Shown: positions 27,740-38,963 of the stretch, one piece after another
Layout: each line of letters begins with the position of its first letter
Numbering within the stretch: position 1 is the stretch's first letter
NCBI GenBank assembly: GCA_028534125.1
Contig: CM052817.1
Coordinates: 59,026,001 to 59,090,000, forward strand
DNA from: Lama glama
Taxonomy: Eukaryota
Length of the DNA stretch: 64,000 nucleotides
Direction: 5' to 3'
The notes under the pieces: model-generated
Database searches by the model: none
Told to the model about the DNA's origin: nothing
Seen by the model: only the letters and a program-made list of their open reading frames with translations
Translations under genes and position numbers: made by a program

Positions 27740-28022
27740 TTTTAATTTAAAAATCTTACTGGCTTTATTTAACGATTTATAAATCAAGCAACATCCATCT
27801 TAGCAGATAGACGCTCTGAGGAGCTGTACAAAATTAAAGACCTTTATAGGCAAAAGGGAGTTGAAATAAAGAAGTTACGCTAGGCAAAGAAACAAGTTGG
27901 TTATTGCAAGGTTACTTTCCATTAGGGAATGGCAGGGGTCTATCAGGCAGATTATTTTAATTATTAATTATTTAATCAGCAGATTCCCAATTGACTGTTA
28001 GAAGATTCCATTTCTAGGGGAG
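27740..28022 (-). mobile_element. ERV1-class LTR fragment (Laurasiatherian type)
   Basis: 'ggctttattt' (antisense polyA signal), 'gaggagctgtacaaaattaaagacctttataggcaaaagggag' (antisense TATA), 'ggttattgcaaggttactttcc..ggcaggggtctatcaggcagatta'. Confidence 0.7.
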
Positions 28023-28769
28023 TGGCGTTCAAGTATATTAATGAAGCAGGGTTTGAATCCGCAGGTAAAGTAAAAATAATTACATAGAAGTTTGGGAAAG
28101 ACAACTGGGGAAAGTATCAGTTTGCTTTGCTGACCTGCAGGCACAAACATTGAAACCTTTTGTACTTTTGCTTTGAAATCTTTTTTATTTGCTTTTTGGA
28201 ACTTTATATAAATTCATATAGGAAAAAAAATAGGATTTTGTGTATGTGATTGTGGCAAATAGGGAAGAAAATGTTGTAAGCCACCTTCTCCCAGTTCCCA
28301 GACATTTCATTCTGTTGCAAATGATAAAGAATATTCACTTACTGAGGATGAGTACAAAGTCCAATCAGATAGTAACTGTGTGTTGAACTTTTTAAACACA
28401 TTCTTCATCTGAGAGAGCCCACTAGTTAATTCTTCAAACTTCTCTAACCATTTCTTTCTCTCTGTCTCTCTCTCTCTGTCTCTCTCTTTTTTCCGCTAAT
28501 CCTTTCTCTTAATGTTACCTCAAGTTTTTTTCAGGGACACCTGACTGTTAAAGGCAGTAGATTAAAACAATGTGATATCAAATATGAGATGTTTATTTGT
28601 ATCTACCCAGACATTACTCCTTTTAAATACCTCAATATTGGAGCAGATTCTTTGAATTTATGATTCTGTTTAAATAAATTAAATTTTACTGGAGCTATTC
28701 TATGATGTAGACAATACTGAAACTTTAAAACAACTCAGGACAAATAGTTCAGTTTTATCTTTTAGAACC

Positions 28770-28891
28770 AACTACTGCTGCTTTGGGGCTACAACTGCAG
28801 AGTTGAGGAGTTTAAGATAGAAACCATATGCCTGCAAAGCCTAAAATACTTACTGTCTTGTTCTATAAAAGAAAAAGTTTGCTAATCCCCA
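28770..28891. mobile_element. MER58A (hAT-Charlie) half element
   Basis: 'gctacaactgcagagttgaggagtt..ccatatgcctgcaaagcctaaaatacttactgtcttg..gaaaaagtttgctaatcccc' follows the MER58A terminal half. Confidence 0.85.
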
Positions 28892-29629
28892 TTATACTTT
28901 ATATGTTCCTATTTGAAGATGGGGGACAAGGTTAAAATACACAGAGAGAAGATAAAGGAGCATAACTTGAATATTTCTTATTGTTACATTATAGGAAATT
29001 GTTGTCATCTTGAGGGACAACTATCAGGCACCATGAAGAGTGATTTTCACATTTGTAAGTCACAAAGAGTACAAATGTCTGTAATGGATCTCAGGATTAG
29101 ACTCAATTTTAAAATCCCCAAACTGCCAGAGGAAGATTATGGAGGGTGATTGAGGGAACATACAGTTTTTGTTAAAGAACCAGCTTTGGCTCACAGTGGG
29201 TAATCTATTCCTGTTCTAGTTGCTGTAGCTAAAGTAAAATTTTTTGTTCAAGTTTCCAACTGCTGTATAATGGATATTTGCCCTAACTATTGCTGGTTAA
29301 TTTATTCTTTTGTGGGAGAGAATCCCAATGAGTCACTGTAAATAAATGATGTGAAATTGGATTTTTTTCTGGAGGATGGAAAACATAATATCTAGGTCTA
29401 TAAAAATATTTGTAGTTTGGCTCAGTGAAGCTATTGTTGTTGGAAATGTATTGCGGGTAACCTATCTTACTTTTTGGAAACTGCTAAAGTAAATGAGGTA
29501 ACAATTAGCATCTTTAAAAAAAAATCAATAAATGTTTCTATTGTATATTTCTTGAGATTAGAATGCAATATGATAGCGAGTTATATTTTTCAAATATGTT
29601 TCTGAAATGATTTGGAAATAATCAAAAAA

Positions 29630-31480
29630 ATTTTGGGATAAATGCTGTTAGGATAACAGATTATCATTTGGAGTAAGATAAAATTAGATACATTCCTCAC
29701 ACCATGCATAAGTATAAACTCAAAATGAATCAGAGAACTAAGTGTAAATAATGAAATGATACATTCTAGAAGAAAACAAGGGCATATTCCTATGGAATCT
29801 GGGTGTAAGGAAATGTATTCTAAATTGATTCAGTATTCAAATGCAATAAAATTAAAGATGACTAAATTTCACTAGATAGAAATAAAAACCTGTGTGTGAC
29901 AAAATTCACCCTATGTCAAAAGACAAAAATTGGGAGAAGATATTCACAAAAGGTATAAATAGAGAATTTCCCCAAATGATTTCAAAATTGCTCTAAAATA
30001 TGTAAAAAGATTCAACTTTATTCATAAAAGGAGAAATGAAAAGTAAAACTATATTGAAATACCCATGATATTGGCAAAACTTCAAAGAAGTTAAAAATAC
30101 ACTGGCAAAATTGTGAGAAAACAGACATTCTCATACGTTGCAGGTGAGAATTAAAAATTAGTAAAAAAAAAAAAAATATGGAAAGGAATTTGGCCGTATC
30201 TAAGAAAACTACATGGGCATTTATCTTTCAATCCAGCAATCCTAATTCTAGGCATTTGTCCTGAAGATACATGCCCAGACTTTCAAAGATAAATACATAC
30301 AAGATTATCCATTGAAGCATTATCTGTAGTTATAAAATATTAGAAATTATTAAAATATTCAAACATAGGCAATTAGTTGAATAAACTATGATAAATACAT
30401 ACAATGGAGCTTTAGATATTTGTAAAAAAGAATGAGAAAGATATCCATGAACTGGTATGGTGTGATTTTCTAATAATAATGTTAAGTGGAAAAGCAAAAT
30501 TCAAGAGAGAATATATATTGTTAACTTTGAAGCTAAAAAAAGAAAAGAGGAAGTAAATAAAAAGCACAGTCATTCCTTGGTATCCGCAGGGCACTAGTTC
30601 TAGGAATCCCACCTTGGATACTAAAATTCAAGGATGCTCATGTCCCTTATATAAAATGGTGTATTTGCATATGATGGAAGCACATCCTCCCTAATACTTT
30701 ACATCATCTCTAGATTACTTAAAATACTTAATACAGTGTAAATGCAACGTAAATTGTTGCCTACGTACAGCAAATTCAAGTTTGGCTTTTTGGAACTTTC
30801 TGGAAAGTTCCTTTTTTTTCCTGAGTACTTTCAGTCTGCTGTTACTTGAATCCATGGATGTGGAAACTGCAGATAAAGAGGGCCAACCATATCTGCTTAT
30901 TCGAATAAAAAGAAACATGTGAAGGCTGAGTCAGTACAAGTGGATGGAATGTGGCCTAGGAGGAATAGGGGAGGGAGTGATACTTCTGAGTATACTTTTC
31001 TTTATAGTTTTTACTTTTAGATGGAGGGTAATGTTCTATATATTCAAACAATAAATGCAATGATTTGAATAAATGGATGTATAAGTAAAGATGCGGAGTG
31101 AAAAAACCTAAAACACAGTTGTAGTCATATGAATAGCATAAGCAAATTGAAAGATAAATTTTCAAAATAAAATAACAAGCTAATTTGAGTAACTTCTGAC
31201 TTTGTATTTGACTTTATTGTTGTCCCCATGAAGTGAAGGAGTAGTCGATAAAAATGCTTTTTTAGGGAATTTGCTTATATTAGTGTTGAAGTAGTACTGA
31301 AATTCTGAGATTATTTTATGTGTAATTTGGAAGACGGGAGATAATAATAGAAAATAGAGAAACATAAGGAAAGACCCCATAAAATAGATTGGTATTAAAG
31401 TTATCATTCTTATATGATATATATTGTGATTATATATAGACAAACATACAAGTATATTCACATGTATAAATACATATTTG
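29630..31480 (+). mobile_element. Old L1 (L1MC/ME-like) ORF2 end and 3' UTR, interrupted by MER2B
   Basis: A-rich sense L1: 'aaattagatacattcctcacaccatgcataagtataaactcaaaatgaatcagaga', 'tttcaatccagcaatcctaattctaggcatttgtcctgaag', 'gaataaactatg..atacaatgga'. 3' boundary uncertain. Confidence 0.75.
30567..30889. mobile_element. MER2B (TcMar-Tigger) DNA transposon
   Basis: TIR-like ends 'cagtcattccttggtatccgcagg' and 'ctgcagataaagagggccaacc'. Interior 'ggatgctcatgtcccttatataaaatgg', 'catctctagattactt', 'gcaaattcaagtttggctttttggaactttctggaa'. Confidence 0.9.
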
Positions 31481-31509
31481 CTTCTAGGGTCCTTCAGTGA
31501 ACAGATTCC

Positions 31510-31712
31510 CAGAGCACCTTCCATATATTTCTATTAATCACTTATTGTGATATAAGTATTTGCTAATGTCTCTGGTCTGTCACTTGCCAATGAAATCCAT
31601 GAAAGCAAATGTTATGTTTTATAATCTTTGTATTCTTAGAACCTAGTGTTTGCCTGGAACATAACAGAATTCAAGTAAATATTAGTATTGAATGATCTGA
31701 ATAAATGGATGA
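31510..31712 (+). mobile_element. L2 3' end
   Basis: 'tgaaatccatgaaagcaa..atctttgtattcttagaacctagtgtttgcctggaacataacagaattcaagtaaatattagt..gaatgatctgaataaatggatga'. Confidence 0.75.
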
Positions 31713-31929
31713 GACTTATACTTACTTGAGACAAAAAGGATAGAGGAGTCTGAGATATATTGTGACTAGTTTTATTTAAAGATTCCAAAATTGTCTCAAC
31801 CTTATGTGGAGTTGTTGAGCCCTCGTGTCATCTCTGCAGCTCCGTTATGTTGTTTATTTACCTCTTTAGACGTTGTGTATCCTTGAATGTTCTCTCAAGT
31901 TGAATAGACTGGAAAGTCCTTGGATCCTA

Positions 31930-32520
31930 CTTGCGGAAGACCTCTTTATTCACTCATTCCTCTCACAGCTTTTACCTTAGTCCAAGGCCTTCTACTCTGG
32001 AGGTTTTGTAACAGCCTCCTGTTTCTTCCCCCAACTCCTGCTCCTCACTTACTAACGACCCGCTCCATTGAACATCCAGTTAATAGATCCCTGTTAGGTT
32101 AATCTTCAAAAAAATACCACATTACATTTTCTGCTCAAAGACTCTTCATTGTCTGCTACCCCTAAATACCAATCTTTCATGGAGAACTAGCGTGCTCATC
32201 CCTCCGTGCTCGTCTGTTGATTTCTCACTTACACCTTCATTCCCACTATTTATTATGCCTGAAGTCATCTCCCTTCTCCCCATGATTTTTAACTTTCCCC
32301 TTTTTTTTTCAAGGACTGTCTCATTCTTTGTGGTCACTTCTTTTTCTCTAGAACTATAGATCTCTTGCATTCACATGGTATTGTTATATTATTTATAATT
32401 ATTCTTTTACTTTACTTCTTCATGTAGTTGTGAATTGAGCTCAGTGAATATAGTTGAATCTCTTTTCATCAGTGGACTGAAATTAGAGCCCACGCTGTAG
32501 TAGATGTTGAATAAATATAT
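31930..32520 (+). mobile_element. L2 fragment
   Basis: 'ccttagtccaaggcc..tgtaacagcctcct..ctgctcaaagactcttcattgtct', running to a decayed 3' end. Confidence 0.65.
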
Positions 32521-34764
32521 GTTAATGGTAGAGTTATATTTATGATAAATTGTAATTTTAAAAAAGATTACTGAAAGTAATTCTCTCAACAGAAATGGTG
32601 AGCGTTTCTTAATTTGATTATATATTTTATTAAATTCCTAATTAATGATACAGTGTATTTGGATAAGTGTTAAAATGAATCAGTTTTATCTGTCCAAAAT
32701 TGGTTTGGTAAACACTTTGTTTAAAGTGCACTTTTTAAGAAATGGTGCCACATCTCCAATGCCTAAAAAGAAATATCTCTTAAGAAAATCTTCTTCTTTA
32801 TGTTTGTTTGCTTATATCCACAACTTTAAAAGTGAATAAATGTGGGTACGTGCAAACAAAATGCTTCCATAAATAATACAAGAATCACTTTTGGAGTGTG
32901 TTTATGCATAAGCTGGTTGTTGAAACAATGTAGCAGTCCATCCATAAATTTCTGTGCTCTCAGAAAGGCTGTTTAAACACATTACTAAAAATTCTCCTCT
33001 CATAGTGGTGATGACTAAGTCCATGTGTCTAGAATTCACTTTACTGAACACCTATGCAACAGTGATGTGATTATGTTCAGGGGAATTGAAATGAAGACCA
33101 TGATTAAATAGGGATAGCTGTGGATTCCTTCTTTTAAGCAATGGTAAACGTTGCCAACATACACACTGAGATTTATATGATGCATCATTCTTCTAATTAT
33201 GATTGTGCTGCATATGATCATAAGAGCAAAAGCATTACCATAATGAGTTATAATATGCAGAACAATATTCTATACCAGTGGTGAAGCAATGACAAGTTTA
33301 AACGTGTTATTTTAAAGCCATACACTTATATTTAAATAGGGGTTAGATAACTTCCTGTATGTCCTTAAATCTTTGGTAATTAGTGAATACATATATCTTT
33401 TGATCTAAGTAAGAGAAAAAATACTAAAATAGTATATGTTTATATATCAAACACATAAATGAACTAAAATAATTTCTTTCATTTGCATTCACTTTTTAAA
33501 AAGCTTCTAACTAGTAGAAGTCACCTGCTAATTAGAAGTGGTATAGCATTCAAGCCCTATACTTAAGTACTTAATAATTTCATCCGATTTTTAAACCATA
33601 TTTATTTTGTTCTTATACAGTACACCTGGATCTTATGACTATTTTCTGAACCTTCTTCCATCTTTAAGTTCTTCCCTACCCAAACACCCTGATTTCTATA
33701 AGGCATTTCAATCAAATATCAGTGTTATACATCTATTTTCAAGTAAAGGACACATCAGCTCCTGTTAACATATATCTGTAAATATCAGAAAAGAATGTAG
33801 AAAGATATATGATCTCTTTTTAACTGTTTCTGTGTAAAAGCAAACTGAAAGAGAGGCTGAAGAATTTCTCAGATTCCCTATTTTAAAAAGTATTCCTTGC
33901 ATAATCTTTTTCCCACAAAATTACGCTTTCTTCTTTGACATTTTAAGGTTTATCTTATTTTTAACTTCAGTGTTAATATCCATAGAAACATTAATATTTA
34001 GGACAATACCCTAATACTTTAGGAGTTCACTTAATACTTCTAATATTAAAATGTTAATAACTTTATTCCTATTATGTGTCTCTGATATCGTACTGAGAAA
34101 ACAAAAAGACAAGAAAGTAATTATAGGGTAACAGTGATTTAAAAGGGACCTAAAAATAGATGCTAAGTTATTTACACTTTTTCTTGCTTTTGAACTATGT
34201 ATCAGCATATTTATTTTCAATGACATAATATTAACTTTATATTACTGAGTTAATTATTTATATAAAATTTATTTGGCCATCAAAGAAACATGAAGGATGC
34301 TTAATAATTTCATTTAATTAAGTAAAGATAGGATTATCCCACTAATTAAGAATTTGGATGATAAGGCATTAATTAGGTTTGTTATTTCTGCTTAAATTAT
34401 GATTTGTATTAATTAAAATTACATAGTTATTTTGGCATTATCTTCCATATTTCTTAACTTCCATCTACAAAATTCTGCTAATGTAGTCTTTCTATTCTAA
34501 CTTACTAATCTACTTAGACTTATTTAAAGTTTCTGCGAATACTACCTCATATGGGAGTTGAAAAATAAGCAAATTCTTCCCCATAGTACAACTGTTACTT
34601 TTAGCTATCAACACATGTCTCACGGTTTCCTTCATTGGATTCATTAGTTCATTCATTCTGATTTGCTCAAGGCAAAACCAACTTACATATATTTACTATG
34701 CACTTCTTTAAGTGTTGGTATATCAGTTAGTTTTGAATGATCTGCTGCACTAGTTATCTTGGAA

Positions 34765-34875
34765 TATGACTGTTACTCACCATAATCTAAGTTCCAAGAA
34801 GTCAGCAGCCATATTTGTCTGGCTCATTCCTATATTTCCAGCATCAACCATGGTGTCTGTTAAGTGGGGTTCTCT
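34765..34875 (+). mobile_element. L2 3' end fragment
   Basis: 'aatctaagttccaagaagtcagcagccatatttgtctggctcattcctatatttccagcatcaaccatggtgtctg'. Confidence 0.6.
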
Positions 34876-36442
34876 TTGGCATATTGGTGATGACACATGT
34901 CAAATGGTTGCTTATATACATGTGGTTGTGCTATGCTAGTATATTTATATATATTATATATGATTTCATATGTGTAATATGAAATCAATATACAGTTAGT
35001 GATAAGAATTATTTTATTGGATTTATTCAATGCTTATAGTGCTCTTTTTATTTTAGTTGCATGGGAACATCTACACCTTCCATGTTGCCATCCAGTTAAG
35101 ATTTACCAGTGATTTTTATGCTGCCAGCATATCATGAATCTCCAGAAATTGAGGAGAGTTTCCTAAAATATTTGTTAATTATTTATATTTTGATAGATTG
35201 TCTGCACTTTCTAGGAAGAGGGAAATTACTATAGAAAGCTGCCAAAAAAAAAAAAAAAGAGAGTGATCAGTAAGGAAAGAATCAGATGACTAATGCTGTT
35301 TACCTTGATTTCAGAAGCTGATTTCTAGAATAAGTAAGTTTTCCTGGATATAAAAACACATTTATCAGGAGTTTATCATAAAATAATTCTGAAAATATTT
35401 TCTAAGGATATATATCATTAACTACATTATACTAGATGATAAATAAGAATGATACTTGTTTAATTTCACACTCCTTGCCTATTATAAATAAATTATAAAT
35501 AAACAAAATTTTAACTATGTTTATACAACATTTTAAAATTCAAATGAATGTGAGTTTACATTTTTTTCATTGATGTAATTCCTAACTAAATTACTGGTGT
35601 TATTTGACAAAATAGCATGCAGAAGAATAAAAAAGAAGATGAAATTCAAATATATAATTGTCTATATAATTGGGATATAATTGTCTTTCTGAAAATGAAT
35701 GAGAATTAACTTTTCCTTTATACACGTATATCTTTTCTAGTGTATATAATTCAGTTTAGATCTTTGGCCATGTAGTCTTTTTATCACTCTGATTTCCCTT
35801 ACTTAGTCTCAGAAATGTGTTTGTTATTTCAGTACCAATAGTTATGTTCCACCACTCACAAAGTCATTTCCTTACTAATTATCTATATTATAGTAGAGCT
35901 GTGTAAAGAAATGCAAAAGTTATGTACTAATTTGTAAATATTAATAATGATCAAGTTTAAAGTTTACTAATAATAAAAAAAATGTAGTAGGCTAAATTAC
36001 CCAAACTAATTGGCAATATTAAATACACACACACAAATTTACTATATAAATTAAATGTATTTTCTCTTCTGTTTCTTTGTGATATCTACTTCTTTTCTAT
36101 ATGAACTTGGACAGGAGTAACTTCAAATTATATTATACAACTAATTTCATAAAGATTTCTAGCAATTGTACAGTGCAGTCCAAGATGAAACTATTGAGAA
36201 TAACATAACTGATCCATATTTATATATGTAATAGAGATGTTTCAAATAATAATTGTATTAATAGCTGAGTTTTTCATTTAGAGTTACATTAGCTTAATTG
36301 CATCATTATACAGTGATTACATATGAAGCAAGCATGTGTTTTGCTAGAGAATTTGGAATTTGTTTATATTTAGACATTACTATGGGGATGGGTAAATGAT
36401 AATAAACTTATATGTTCCTTATTTCATAGGTCATCACAATGC

Positions 36443-36846
36443 TGTTGACCTAAGACAAAAAGATTGCCTGTTAATTCTCCTACTAAAAATAGGTTTTTGA
36501 GATTTGCAAAAAATTACATTTTGAGGTCTGCAACCATGGTGAGCCATATGCAAGTCTTCACCTCCCCCCCCCAACAAGGGAAGGAGAACTCTTAGAGAAG
36601 TGAAAAAGGAAGTTGGGAGGGCTTTAACAAACAAAGAGTCCACTGGAAGAACTGAGAATTTGAAGCATAGTGACTTGAAATTGGCTGAGTTGTGACAGTC
36701 TCTCATTGGCTGAGCTCTTGCCAGGCAAGTAGAGGAAGCCTTTCTTCTTCCTCTTGGGCTATGCTATTGTGGCAGAGTGTGAAAGCTCTCCTTGAATGTT
36801 TCCTGGCTCTGTTTAACTGATGTTTCTGTTTATTATTTTGTTTACA
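36443..36846 (-). mobile_element. Full-length ERV1-class solo LTR (~400 bp)
   Basis: TG...CA termini (tgttgacc ... gtttaca), two antisense CCAAT boxes in a duplicated 'attggctgag', and GC content above the flanks. No clean TSD left. Confidence 0.7.
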
Positions 36847-36905
36847 GTATAAATAGGAGTTTGCCACATTTTTGTAGTATGTTAAGAGGCAGACATAGAA
36901 GAAAC

Positions 36906-37094
36906 CAGTGATTCTCTAATTTGAGTGCATTAGAATCACCATAGGACTTGTTTAATGCAATAAATATATTGATTGCTTGATTCCATCCTGAGTGTTTGAT
37001 TCAGCTCTCTGATATGAGGGGTGAGATAACGCAAGTCTTCAAGTTTTGTTGATGCTGCTGGTTTGAGATCAAGATCACATTTTGCAAACCAATG
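36906..37094. mobile_element. MER5A (hAT-Charlie) DNA transposon
   Basis: 'cagtgattctctaatttgagtgcattagaatcacc..gattcag..tgatgctgctggtttgag..atcacattttgcaaaccaatg' shows decayed MER5A TIRs and interior. Confidence 0.8.
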
Positions 37095-37687
37095 GAGTAA
37101 ATAATTTATAATTTTCTATTAAAATGAGCACAAAATTATTTCTGCCCAGGAAATCTGAATCATGGATAGGGCCAACAGCCTTAACATTTTCACATTAAAA
37201 GAAGTTGACTCCTAAATCTGGGTATTGATATTACTGATATTCTAAACAGACATTAAATAACACATTAGAGGGAACTGTCTATTCAACTAGTTCTTTCTAA
37301 CATAGTAAATCTTGAGTTCAAAATAATTAATCAAAATTAGAAAAGACACTCCAAATTTGTTGGATTCTTTTCAGAAAAAAATAGAGTACTTTCTGCATCA
37401 TACATGAAATTCAGAGAATATCAGTAAAAATTAAAATCTATATTGAGTAGCTCTTGCTGAACTAAAACAGGTACTTCTAAATGTTAAATGCCTGTGATGG
37501 AATATTTAGATAAAAATCTGTGTTTATTTTCACTACATTATATTTTATAATGAAATCTACTTTTAAGGATCCAGATTCAGAAAACTATCGTCAAAAAGTA
37601 ACTTTAAGACAAATGAATATTTGTCATTAATCTTAAGAGATGCTAGAGAAATTTGATTTGTGATGGTAAAATTTGAAGCAAGTGTGC

Positions 37688-37933
37688 TCTTGCAAACACC
37701 TGAGTGCTATTCAGCTTAATTGGGTTATAGCTCATGCTGATTGTGTTTTTCCCCTGCTGTATCTAATTTCTTTTCCCCCCAATATTTTATTGTTTGGTTT
37801 TGGTTTTGAAGGTGTATAGAAATTAAAGCACTCTAATTTTTTAAGAGCCCTGAAGGGAAGTATGCTTTCATGTTAGTCATTCTTGTGAACACCTGTGCAC
37901 TGTTGAATTTAATTGGGTTACAGCTGGTGCTGA
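37688..37933. promoter_or_regulatory. Diverged 53-bp direct repeat pair carrying an E-box and a homeodomain-type site; candidate enhancer
   Basis: 37688-37740 aligns without gaps to 37881-37933 at 41/53 identity. AACACCTG, TTAATTGGGTTA, AGCT and TGCTGA are identical in both copies. The repeat is observed; the regulatory role is inferred. Confidence 0.45.
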
Positions 37934-38728
37934 GGGAGAGTCAACTAAATGAGTTTGCAGACTGACTAGAAACTTGACATTGTGTGCTGTAGTTTTTTTT
38001 TTTTCTTCCTTTGATTTTTCTTTCAATCCATTTGCAAGGTGCTTGGATCTGAAAGATTTTGTTAGTAAATTGAATGGGGTTCTTATGATCCATGATTAGT
38101 ATAGTAGCTGAGATACTTCATGGTGATGACCTCAGAAAAAGTGTACCTCCATTCTAAGATCACATAGTCTCTCAAAATAAGGGGATCCTAACCTCAAAAA
38201 CCATCTGGTCTACTTGTCTCCAGTACTTGAGGAACATTTAATATTATATTTAGATTTTGAGAGTTTAGCCTTACAATAATATGAAGGTTTTCAGGGGAAA
38301 AAGACAAAGCATTGAAATGGAAGGTTTAATAAATTATGAAATATTATAAATACTGCTAGCAAAGTAAATGAGGCTAAAATGTATTGAGAGGTAATTATTT
38401 TTAAATATCTCAAGACTATCATTAGACTAAGTGCCTAAGTATGGCCAATAACAATAATCTATTTCAATCATTGTTAAAGGTAGATAGATCAGTTTGGCAA
38501 TTCCTTTAGAAAGACTTACTGCAGCTCTGTATTCTTTTAAGTCAGTACCTATACGACTTTAAATAAGTTCAGCAGGTAAATACTGAATGTATAAAGCTCA
38601 TTTTGGAACTAGGGGTAAGTGGTAATAGAGTGGTACTTCATAGCACCAAACATTAGAACCACTAATTAGATCAATGGTTTTAGAGAAAACCTTTTTTGTC
38701 TTGTTATTTCATGAAAGTTTACACATTT

Positions 38729-38963
38729 TTTAAACATTTTTTATTGATTTGTAATCATCTTACAATGTTGTGTCAAATTCCAGTGTAGAGCACAATTTTT
38801 CAGTTATACATGAACATATATATATTTTTTCTGTCACATTTTTCCTCTGTGAGCTACCATAAGATCTTGTGTATATTTCCCTGTGCTATACAGTATAATC
38901 TTGTTTATCTGTTCTACAATTTTGAAATCCCATCTATCCCTTCCCACCCTCTGCCCCCTTGGC
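38729..38963 (-). mobile_element. Young 5'-truncated L1 3' end with 15-bp TSD
   Basis: 'aacattttttattgatttgtaatcatcttacaatgttgtgtcaaattccagtgt..' is close to 63145-63390. TSD aaagtttacacattt (38714-38728) / aaagtttacagattt (38964-38978). Confidence 0.9.

Noticed and set aside
33001..33056. C/D box snoRNA-like arrangement (GTGATGA ... CTGA with catag/ctatg ends)
   Set aside because: Only ~40 nt from C to D box, no C'/D' boxes and no rRNA guide I can recognise. Too short and likely chance.
35651..35686. Three near-copies of tatataattg(tc)
   Set aside because: Simple slippage tandem in AT-rich DNA with no spacer structure or other sign of function.
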